Part shown: positions 28,201 to 35,748 of the stretch, in pieces
How the letters are laid out: every line of letters starts with the position of its first letter
How positions within the stretch are numbered: the stretch's first letter is position 1
Assembly: GCA_031422315.1 (NCBI GenBank)
Contig: JANOQN010000068.1
Span: 211,928 to 275,927, forward strand
Origin: Rhodanobacteraceae bacterium
Lineage (GTDB): Bacteria; Pseudomonadota; Gammaproteobacteria; Xanthomonadales; SZUA-5
Reading direction: 5' to 3'
DNA length: 64,000 bases
The notes under the pieces: model-generated
The model's input: the letters and a program-made list of their open reading frames with translations, nothing else
Told to the model about the DNA's origin: nothing
Databases searched by the model: none
Position numbers and translations under genes: made by a program

Positions 28201-29628
28201 ATGAATAAATTATTAAATACGCCTGAGTCAAGCGCCCGTCCGCTCATCACCGTCTACGTACCCTCACACGCTTACGGACACTTTTTAGCGCAGAGTTTAA
28301 CCAGCGTTTTTAACCAAAGCCTCAGCAGCTGGGAGCTGATCGTCATCTCCGATGGCAGCATAGACGCAACGTTGAAGATCGCGCGGCATTTTGCCGCGCG
28401 CGCGCCGGAAAAAGTCCGAATCGTTTCCAATGCAACCCCTATGGGCCTTCGCACTTGCGCGAATACCGCGCTGGAAATGGCACGCGGCGATTATTTTATG
28501 CGTTTGGATGCTGACGATTTTCTTGATGAGAACGCGCTGCTGGTATTAAGCCACTATTTGGACACGCACCCAGATGTCGGCTTGGTTTACCCGAATTGGA
28601 CTTACGTGGATGAAGCTGGCAAAGCACTGGGCGTGGAATATCGAAAGCGTGCCGGCTCTGAGGATAAAACCCAGGATTTACCCGCACACGGCGCTTGTAC
28701 GTTGATTCGGAAGCGTGTTTTAAAAGCCGTGGGTGGCTATGACACGCGTTTTAAAGCGCAGGACGGGCACGAGCTGTGGCTGAAAGCGCTGCACCAGTTT
28801 GGCATTGGTAACGTGGCAACGCCGCTATTTTTCTATCGTCAACACGGGCAATCCATGTCGGTAGATTCAGGCGCGCTGCTGGCATCACGCCGCGCAATAA
28901 AAGCGCATTTAGCCGAGCAAAGGCGTGGCGCGGTGAATCCGCGTATCGCCATTATTGTGCCAGTCAAAAGTGGCGCGATCGGCAGCACTCATGCACTGGC
29001 AAATCCGGCGTTGGCAAATCTGGCGGGCAAAGCGCTGCTGGATTACACGCTCGATAGCCTAGTCGGGCACGCTGACTTTGCTTGCACGCTGGTCAGCACC
29101 GATGATGCAGCGGTGCTCGCGCACTGCAAAAACCGCGGTGATGTTTTACTGCACGCGCGCCCGGCCTACTTGTCGGATACCCAAGTGCATCTAGCGCAAG
29201 TGCTGCAAGCTGCGGTGCAGCACTTAGAAGCTGAGCTTGCAATTTACCCCGATATAGTCGTGCTGCTCAGCATCAACACGCCGCTGCGTCGGCTCGAACA
29301 TATTCAAGAAGCGATCAACACCTTATTGCTGTATCAAGTCGATGAAGTGTTGAGCACCTGGGAAGATTTAGGCCTGTACTACCGGCACGCCCAGCAGGGC
29401 ATGCAAGCTGTCAATCCAGGCATGTTGCAGGGTTTGCGACTAGAGCGCGAAGCGCTGTACGCCTGCAATGGCTCGATTCACGCGCACTGGCGGGAAAATA
29501 TGGGCAACCCGAACCAAACTGCCCGTATCGGCCATGTCATCATGACTAAAACCGAGAGTTTGATAGCGAAAAAACCTGAGGATTTGCGGCTATTGGAGTT
29601 GATTTTGAGCGCTGAAATTGTTCGTTGA
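28201..29628 (+). CDS. Fusion protein: GT2 glycosyltransferase plus CMP-sugar (NeuA-like) cytidylyltransferase-like domain
   Basis: N-terminus ITVYVPSHAY...ELIVISDGSID, DxD as RLDADD (GT2). C-terminus RIAIIVPVKSG...LVSTDD...VVLLSINTPLR...NGSIH (CTP_transf_3-like). Confidence 0.8.
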   Translation: MNKLLNTPESSARPLITVYVPSHAYGHFLAQSLTSVFNQSLSSWELIVISDGSIDATLKIARHFAARAPEKVRIVSNATPMGLRTCANTALEMARGDYFMRLDADDFLDENALLVLSHYLDTHPDVGLVYPNWTYVDEAGKALGVEYRKRAGSEDKTQDLPAHGACTLIRKRVLKAVGGYDTRFKAQDGHELWLKALHQFGIGNVATPLFFYRQHGQSMSVDSGALLASRRAIKAHLAEQRRGAVNPRIAIIVPVKSGAIGSTHALANPALANLAGKALLDYTLDSLVGHADFACTLVSTDDAAVLAHCKNRGDVLLHARPAYLSDTQVHLAQVLQAAVQHLEAELAIYPDIVVLLSINTPLRRLEHIQEAINTLLLYQVDEVLSTWEDLGLYYRHAQQGMQAVNPGMLQGLRLEREALYACNGSIHAHWRENMGNPNQTARIGHVIMTKTESLIAKKPEDLRLLELILSAEIVR

Positions 29629-29668
29629 AACCCAACGCGCAGTCGACTTTTCGTGCAGTTCGGCCCAA

Positions 29669-29886
29669 CTTCGTCATTCGATTTTATTGGCATCTCAGCC
29701 CGACCTCGTCATTCTAAATTGCTGGCAACTCAGCCTCACCTCGTCATTCCCGCGCAGGCGGGAACCCAGTACAGGTGTCAGCGTTCTCACCCGCATTCCA
29801 AGCACTGCGAACTGCGCATTTTTAACCTGATGAGTGCGCTAGTAGTTTTGCGAGCCTGGGTTCCCGCCTGCGTGGGAATGACGAGG
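29669..29886. repeat. Composite repeat: about 2.3 tandem 35-bp units leading into REP/MITE copy 4
   Basis: Units at 29669-29703 and 29704-29738 (about 70 % identical, each starting CYTCGTCATTC). A third unit start runs into the left arm CCTCGTCATTCCCGCGCAGGCGGGAACCCAG. Right arm CCTGGGTTCCCGCCTGCGTGGGAATGACGAGG ends at 29886. Confidence 0.8.
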
Positions 29887-29948
29887 TAGCGTTACTAGTG
29901 GTTCAATGACTAAACTATCGCACTTATTAGTCGGGCCACCCATTTCGC

Positions 29949-31013
29949 ATGATCGCAGCAGCACCTCATTCTCTCGCCCAAATTTCATCAACCTGGCAAG
30001 GTGTATTCGGCCCGCTGCTGATTGCTGAAATCGGCGGCAACCATGAGGGCGATTTTGCCTACGCAGAACGCCTGACTGATTTGGCGATTGCATCCGGTGC
30101 TGATGTCATCAAATTCCAGCTTTATCGCGGCGAATCCTTAGTCAGCAAGGTTGAGGCGCCAGATCGCTATGCACATTTCCAGCGTTTTGAGCTGAGCCAG
30201 GATCAACACATTGCATTAGCCAAGCGCTGCCAGGCAGCAGGTAAGCAATATTTGGCCTCGGTTTGGGATTTGTCGATGCTGGAATGGATCGATCCGTACT
30301 TGCCGTTTTACAAAATCGGCTCAGGCGATTTAACCGCCTACCCGCTACTGAAAGCGTTTGCCCAGCGCGGCAAACCGATTGTGCTATCGACCGGGCTAGC
30401 CAGCTTGAATGATGTGCAAGCCGCTGTGGCCTACCTGCAATCCGTCAATGTGCGCTATCAAGACCCGAACCAGCTGGCGATTTTACAGTGTACCTCGATG
30501 TATCCAAACGCCGATGCTGACGTCAATTTGGCTGTGATGGACACGCTGCGTGCTGCTACAGATCTGACGATTGGCTATTCCGACCACACGATTGGCGACT
30601 TTGCGCTACTCATAGCCGCTGCGCGCGGTGCGCAGGTGCTGGAATTTCATTTTACCGATGATCGATCCGGCAAAACCTTTAGAGATCACGCAATATCACT
30701 GACGGCCGTTGAAGTGCGCGAGCTGTGCGAGCGCTTAAACCAAATGCGCTCGTTAATCGGCAGCGCGGAGAAAATCCCGCTTGCGGCCGAAATCAGCAGC
30801 GGCCACGTACAAAGCTTTCGCCGCGCGGTGTATTGCAAGGTCGATTTAAAGGCGGGGGAAATTTTGCAAGCTGAGCACTTGTGCGTGCTGCGCCCGAATC
30901 ACGGTATTGATGCGCGCGCGTTTGAACAAGTGATCGGCCGGCGCGTGGCGCACGATACGCCGGCATTTGCGGCGCTTGAGCTGGACAATGCGCAAATTCA
31001 GGGCGAGCCATGA
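29949..31013 (+). CDS. NeuB/SpsE-family nonulosonic acid synthase (PEP-condensing)
   Basis: LIAEIGGNHEGDFAYAERLTDLAIASGADVIKFQ; C-terminal SAF domain RRAVYCKVDLKAGEILQAEHLCVLRP. Confidence 0.9.
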   Translation: MIAAAPHSLAQISSTWQGVFGPLLIAEIGGNHEGDFAYAERLTDLAIASGADVIKFQLYRGESLVSKVEAPDRYAHFQRFELSQDQHIALAKRCQAAGKQYLASVWDLSMLEWIDPYLPFYKIGSGDLTAYPLLKAFAQRGKPIVLSTGLASLNDVQAAVAYLQSVNVRYQDPNQLAILQCTSMYPNADADVNLAVMDTLRAATDLTIGYSDHTIGDFALLIAAARGAQVLEFHFTDDRSGKTFRDHAISLTAVEVRELCERLNQMRSLIGSAEKIPLAAEISSGHVQSFRRAVYCKVDLKAGEILQAEHLCVLRPNHGIDARAFEQVIGRRVAHDTPAFAALELDNAQIQGEP

Positions 31014-31726
31014 TTGCGCAAACCAACTTGCAGCTTTATGCGCAGCTGCGCAAGGCAGGCCAATCGCAAGCAGCGCTAGCGCAAGTGCATGCGGCCTATC
31101 AGTTTGCCGCTGCACTTTGTTTTCCGCTCTTTCGCGGCTCCGGCAAGCCGTTTAGCTGCCACCTAGTTGGCGTTGCTAGCCTATGCGCGCTGGTAAATTG
31201 TAAAGCCGATGTGCTGGTCGCCGCGCTGCTGCACGCAAGCTATCAAGCCCGCGTATCTGACACCGATAGCGAATCGTTTGCCGATACAAGATTCAGCTAC
31301 GCGCGTCAATTTGGCGATGCCAGCGAACGTTTGGTATACGGCTGCTACATCGCTAGCTTTGATGCTAGAGCGCATGCAGGGCAAGCGTTGCCGGAGCCAG
31401 ATTTGTTGACCGAACAAGAATCAAAATCCGTCCGCTTAATTCTTTTGGCTGACGCCCTTGAAGACGCGCTGGATGCAGGTTTGGCGCTGCATGGACAAGC
31501 TGGCGATAGCGCCGAGCAGCGCGGCAGTGCGGCTTGGCGATTGGCACGCATGCAGGCAGAGCGCGATGATTTCTTAGCCGAGGCAAACGCGCTCGATTGC
31601 CCGGAATTCGCCAGCCTTTTTGACGCGCTGCTCGCCGAAAACGCCGCGCTACGATCAAACGATCAATTTACTGGCCCATTCACTGGCCCATTTACTGGCC
31701 AATACAGCAGTTTCCGTGCTAGCTGA
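31010..31726 (+). CDS. Hypothetical protein, HD-like N-terminal region (DUF6817-like, tentative) with C-terminal FTGP x3 tail
   Basis: ATGA overlap with the neuB-like stop. SGKPFSCHLVGVASL...AALLHASYQ. Ends FTGPFTGPFTGQYSSFRAS. Confidence 0.55.
   Translation: MIAQTNLQLYAQLRKAGQSQAALAQVHAAYQFAAALCFPLFRGSGKPFSCHLVGVASLCALVNCKADVLVAALLHASYQARVSDTDSESFADTRFSYARQFGDASERLVYGCYIASFDARAHAGQALPEPDLLTEQESKSVRLILLADALEDALDAGLALHGQAGDSAEQRGSAAWRLARMQAERDDFLAEANALDCPEFASLFDALLAENAALRSNDQFTGPFTGPFTGQYSSFRAS
31667..31702 (+). repeat. 12-bp tandem repeat x3 (TTYACTGGCCMA)
   Basis: TTTACTGGCCCA TTCACTGGCCCA TTTACTGGCCAA. Encodes FTGP x3 and lies 41 nt upstream of the next gene's ATG (31743). Confidence 0.9.
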
Positions 31727-31742
31727 CATTAGCTTGAGCATC

Positions 31743-32762
31743 ATGCGCTGCCCGCTGTGTTCAAGCCCGGCGCACAAGCCTGCAGCAGCAGCGCAAGCGA
31801 ACTTGTACTCCGAGCAGCTTGCACTGCTGACGGATACCTCTGAAGCCGAATTATTAGCGCAATTTTCAAATGTGGAATGCGCGCAGTGCAGCTTGATTTA
31901 TAAGCAGCGCTGGTTTCAGCCTGAGCTATTGCAGCGGCTGTTTCAAGGCGCAGTGGCCGCACATCCACGCGGCTGGGACGTGATCTCCGAGCGGTTCTCT
32001 TTTACCAATTTCAGCCACGAGCTGGGTTTGTTTGAGTTAGCTGTCCGAAACAGTGATGCGCTTAATACTGCGCGCTATCAGCGCGCGCTCAGCGCATTGG
32101 TTGATTCCATGCCCGAATCCGCAGCGGCGCAAAAGCGCGAGTTGGTCAGCTTGATTGCCGCAAAAAATATCTCGGCGCTGCAGGCGCAATTGCCGAATCT
32201 TAAAAATCACTTCACCGCGCCTTTTCCTTTTAAGCGCTTCGCCGGATTTTCAGCACCAGAACTATGGCACTGGTTTGAATCGCAAATTGGGCCGATTGCC
32301 CGCTACGCCGAGCTAGGCTGCCCGCTGTGGGGTTTTCTCAGCGCACCCGTTGCAAACAGCGCCAGGCGCAGCATGATTACCCGAACTGAGGCAAATTATT
32401 GGGGCAAAAGCTGCATGCAAAATGGTCAAACCTGCATGGCGGCGCTGCAGCAACGCAGCGATGTTCAAAGTGTGGATTTTGCAGAATTGCCGAATGATTG
32501 TTTTGATGTGATTGGGCTGTATCAATACCTAGATCACGTGCAAGAGCCAATGCCATTGCTGCGATCAGCCCTAAAAGCCAGCAGGGCCGTCGCACTAATC
32601 GTCGATTCAGCTGAACTGCCGTGCGCAATCCAGCACCTGAGCGCCTGGAGCCATAGCGCAGTAAACGAAGCAGGCGCGCGGCTCAATTGCCGAGTAAGCA
32701 CCGGGTTTGAGCCAATTGCGCGCTCTGGCAATGCGCTTTATCTGCTGCAAAAATATGAATAA
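31743..32762 (+). CDS. Hypothetical protein: N-terminal zinc ribbon plus weak methyltransferase-like C-terminal half
   Basis: MRCPLCSS...VECAQCS (CxxC...CxxC). YAELGCPLWG and DVIGLYQYLDHVQEPMPLL recall class I MTase motifs. Start trimmed from ORF-track 31620 to ATG 31743. Confidence 0.55.
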   Translation: MRCPLCSSPAHKPAAAAQANLYSEQLALLTDTSEAELLAQFSNVECAQCSLIYKQRWFQPELLQRLFQGAVAAHPRGWDVISERFSFTNFSHELGLFELAVRNSDALNTARYQRALSALVDSMPESAAAQKRELVSLIAAKNISALQAQLPNLKNHFTAPFPFKRFAGFSAPELWHWFESQIGPIARYAELGCPLWGFLSAPVANSARRSMITRTEANYWGKSCMQNGQTCMAALQQRSDVQSVDFAELPNDCFDVIGLYQYLDHVQEPMPLLRSALKASRAVALIVDSAELPCAIQHLSAWSHSAVNEAGARLNCRVSTGFEPIARSGNALYLLQKYE

Positions 32763-32798
32763 ATTCGGCGGCCGATAGTTGTGAAAACCGTAAACAAC

Positions 32799-33485
32799 AT
32801 GGGAATTTTGGTTTTCGCGCGCAGCAGTTCAGTGCGCCTGCCCGGCAAAGTGCTGCTTGATTTTGCCGGCATGCCGCTGGTGCTTTGGATTCTCAAACGC
32901 GCTATGTCCACTCATGCACCGATAGCGCTCGCTTGCTCTACCGAACCCAGCGACGATGAATTGGCAAACGTTGTGCAGCGCGCGGGCTTTGAGGTTTACC
33001 GGGGCGCGCTTGATGATGTGCTGGCGCGCGCGATTCATGCCTGCGAGCATTTTTCCTGGACTCACTTCGCTAGGCTGTGCGCAGATCGGCCATTTTTCAA
33101 CATTGATGAAATTCGCACGGGATTAGCACTTGCCAACCATCAACCCATGCTTGATCTCATCAGCAATAATTTGGCGGGCGCTGCGTCAGCTGGATTGACG
33201 ACCGAAATTATTCGACTTAATGCGCTCAAACAAATCGCCGAGTCAAGCGCGCTGAGCAAGCACCGCGAACACCTAAGCAGCTATTTTTATGATCATCCAG
33301 CCGCATTTAAATGCCAACCGTTTGCAGTAACTCAATCGCCCGCCGAGCTTATGGCGCAGCGCTTCGCAGTTGACACACCGGAAGATTATCAACGCTTGCG
33401 CCAATTAGCGGCTGGGCACTTACCCGGCGTTAGTCTTGCCGCGCTTTTAAAGCAAAGCGCGATGGATAACTTTCATGCAAGATAA
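32799..33485 (+). CDS. SpsF/FlmC-type cytidylyltransferase (CTP_transf_3 family)
   Basis: MGILVFARSSSVRLPGKVLLDFAGMPLV N-terminus is typical of this family. An alternative GTG start lies at 32781. Confidence 0.8.
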   Translation: MGILVFARSSSVRLPGKVLLDFAGMPLVLWILKRAMSTHAPIALACSTEPSDDELANVVQRAGFEVYRGALDDVLARAIHACEHFSWTHFARLCADRPFFNIDEIRTGLALANHQPMLDLISNNLAGAASAGLTTEIIRLNALKQIAESSALSKHREHLSSYFYDHPAAFKCQPFAVTQSPAELMAQRFAVDTPEDYQRLRQLAAGHLPGVSLAALLKQSAMDNFHAR

Positions 33486-34533
33486 ACCTGACTTGTTAAT
33501 TGCCACGCTGCCGCACAATCTGTCTGGCCCGCAGCTTTATGTAGCGCAATTAATGGCGAACGCAAAACTGCATGCCGCCTTTAACCCTGAAGTATGGGCA
33601 GTTGAAGACTTATACCGAGGTTATTTGGGGAAATGGCGTTTATTGCAAGCCTGCAAAGCTAAGATTGCGGGGCGTAAAAACATCGTTGTGTATATTAATC
33701 AAGATTTAAGCTTAGTGACCTGGCTGAGTTTATGCTTTAGATTAAGCGGCATTCGAAAAATAGCCGTGCATTCGCACGCATCGTCATTTTGTGCGCCTAA
33801 CAATGCGCTGACTAGGAAAATTTATCAACTTATTCTAAATGCATGCACTGCTACGGCAATTGCGGTATCACAGGGCGCGGCAGATGCCATGTTCGGGAAC
33901 CGGGCGGCAAAACGCTGCACGCTTATTCCTGCACTGATAGATTTCAATGTGCTTGCAAAGCAAAGCGATAGCGCGCGTCAGCGCATAACTGAGGATTTTA
34001 CTTTTGCCTGCATAGGCCGAATGTCACCCGAAAAAAACCAAAAGCTGGCAATTTCCGCCTTTGCGCAATTAATAAAACAAAACCAACGCGCGCATTTGTT
34101 GCTCATCGGTGATGGAGATTTAGCCTATGAATGCGATTTAATTGAATTCGCTAAATCGTTATGTGTCGAAAAATACGTTACAATTCAACGAGCTAGCGTA
34201 AATATAGCAGCAATATACCGAAATCAAATTGACGCGGTATTAGTGCCTTCACTATTTGAAGGGCAAAACCGTGTTGTGGCAGAGGCGCAGTTTTTTGGAT
34301 TGCCAGTAGCAACGTCAATTGGAGTGCCTGATATTGCATTTTTAGACAAACGAAACGCCTATTCTGAAATTCCACTTGAGCTCAATAGCTGGAGAAAAGT
34401 AATGACAGCAATGCTTAACGGCAAACCAGCTAGGTTGAGTATGCAGATCGATGCGGCGCGCCATTCGCCGCTTTCAATTGAAAACGGAATTGAAATTCTG
34501 GTCGATACATTAAATAACGCTAATTCTAATTAA
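33475..34533 (+). CDS. GT4 (group 1) glycosyltransferase
   Basis: GRMSPEKN, PSLFEGQNRVVAEAQFFGLPV (E-x7-E). AT-rich. 11-nt overlap with the upstream gene. Confidence 0.85.
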   Translation: MQDKPDLLIATLPHNLSGPQLYVAQLMANAKLHAAFNPEVWAVEDLYRGYLGKWRLLQACKAKIAGRKNIVVYINQDLSLVTWLSLCFRLSGIRKIAVHSHASSFCAPNNALTRKIYQLILNACTATAIAVSQGAADAMFGNRAAKRCTLIPALIDFNVLAKQSDSARQRITEDFTFACIGRMSPEKNQKLAISAFAQLIKQNQRAHLLLIGDGDLAYECDLIEFAKSLCVEKYVTIQRASVNIAAIYRNQIDAVLVPSLFEGQNRVVAEAQFFGLPVATSIGVPDIAFLDKRNAYSEIPLELNSWRKVMTAMLNGKPARLSMQIDAARHSPLSIENGIEILVDTLNNANSN

Positions 34534-34540
34534 CAAAAAT

Positions 34541-35737
34541 ATGAAATTACTTATAGTCGAACCCAATGCAGATGGGCATCATTTTTTGCCATATTTGCAG
34601 TATTTCGCAATTGCCGCGCAGCAGGCAGGAATATGCGTCGAATTGATGACAACCACAGGTGCCGCCGCGCATCCAGCAATGGCGATGGTGCAAAGCACGC
34701 TTTTAAAACCTATGACGGTGGTACTCATGCCGGATGAGCCGTCCATTCAATCAAGCAGCACGTTAGCGCTATTTGCGCGCCAGCGTGAAGCATATAAAAC
34801 GGTTGCAGCAGGCTTTAACGCAATAGCTAAAGCAGATAGGCCTGACCATATTATGTTGATGTGTATGGACGGATTTGATCGTTGGTTTGCATTATTCGGT
34901 TCGCCGTTTGGTAAAATTCCCTACTCGGGGTTGCATATTGGTCTTAAATTCCATCTCAATAAACTGGGTTTTGGACCTTCAGGTCGGCTTGCGCTCGTTA
35001 ACCAATGGCTCTTTCGTCGATTGGTCAATCAAAAAGCGCTGTATGTTGCGGCGAGCATTGATGAAAGCCTGCTAAGTTTTCACGCAAATCAACCCAAGGT
35101 GTTTAATAAGCTGCGCTTTGTGCCTGATCCAGGTGAGGTTACGCTGACCGAAAGCCCTGACGCGGCGCGCGCCGCATTGGCTATGCCAAGCGGCAAATTT
35201 GCACTCATGGTTTACGGCGCTGTTGGCATGCGGAAAAACCTCGGTTTGCTTTTGCAATGCGCGGCGCAGATGCCCGAAGTGATGCTCATACTCGCCGGGC
35301 GTATGGAAATAGAAGCACGCCAGCTATGCCAAAATTCACCATTCGCCGAAACCTTGCGCGCTGAGAATCGATTCCTGTGTTTTGATCAGTTTATTGAACC
35401 CGCCCTGGAATCCAGGCTTTTTGCCGCTGCTGACTGCGTTTGGCTGTGCTACTCGCCCGATTTTTACGGGCAAAGCGCCGTGCTTGCACAAGCAGCTTCG
35501 GCGGGCAAGCCAATATTGGGGCGCAGCGGCGGGCAAATTGGCTACATGACCGAATTGCACAAGCTTGGCCCCACTGCCGCGCCGGATGACGCTGCAGACA
35601 TCTGCGCCAAATTGCGGCAATTGATTGATGATGTCGCGCTGCGCCAATTGTATTCAGACAATGCCGCCAAGTTCGCGCCAACCCGCAACGCTAGCGCATT
35701 TAGCGCGGCGATCCTGCGCTGCATTCCGGGCTATTGA
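34541..35737 (+). CDS. Glycosyltransferase-like protein (GT-B fold, tentative)
   Basis: MKLLIVEPNADGHHF N-terminus; C-terminal YGQSAVLAQAASAGKPILG resembles the GT-B donor-binding region. Confidence 0.65.
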   Translation: MKLLIVEPNADGHHFLPYLQYFAIAAQQAGICVELMTTTGAAAHPAMAMVQSTLLKPMTVVLMPDEPSIQSSSTLALFARQREAYKTVAAGFNAIAKADRPDHIMLMCMDGFDRWFALFGSPFGKIPYSGLHIGLKFHLNKLGFGPSGRLALVNQWLFRRLVNQKALYVAASIDESLLSFHANQPKVFNKLRFVPDPGEVTLTESPDAARAALAMPSGKFALMVYGAVGMRKNLGLLLQCAAQMPEVMLILAGRMEIEARQLCQNSPFAETLRAENRFLCFDQFIEPALESRLFAAADCVWLCYSPDFYGQSAVLAQAASAGKPILGRSGGQIGYMTELHKLGPTAAPDDAADICAKLRQLIDDVALRQLYSDNAAKFAPTRNASAFSAAILRCIPGY

Positions 35738-35748
35738 TTTCCGAGCGG

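Noticed and set aside
29669-29886. Possible mini-CRISPR array, because short repeats recur at regular spacing.
   Set aside because: There are only about 2.3 diverged 35-bp units directly abutting each other, with no unique spacers. They merge into a REP arm, and no cas genes are present in the window.
29618-29889. ORFs reading through REP elements (29618-29830, 29653-29889, 49367-49711, 51603-51785, 51720-52025), with ..VIPAQAGIQ.. and ..SSPRRRG.. type peptides.
   Set aside because: Their translations are dictated by the hairpin repeat sequence. They are known to be typical spurious calls over this class of repeat.
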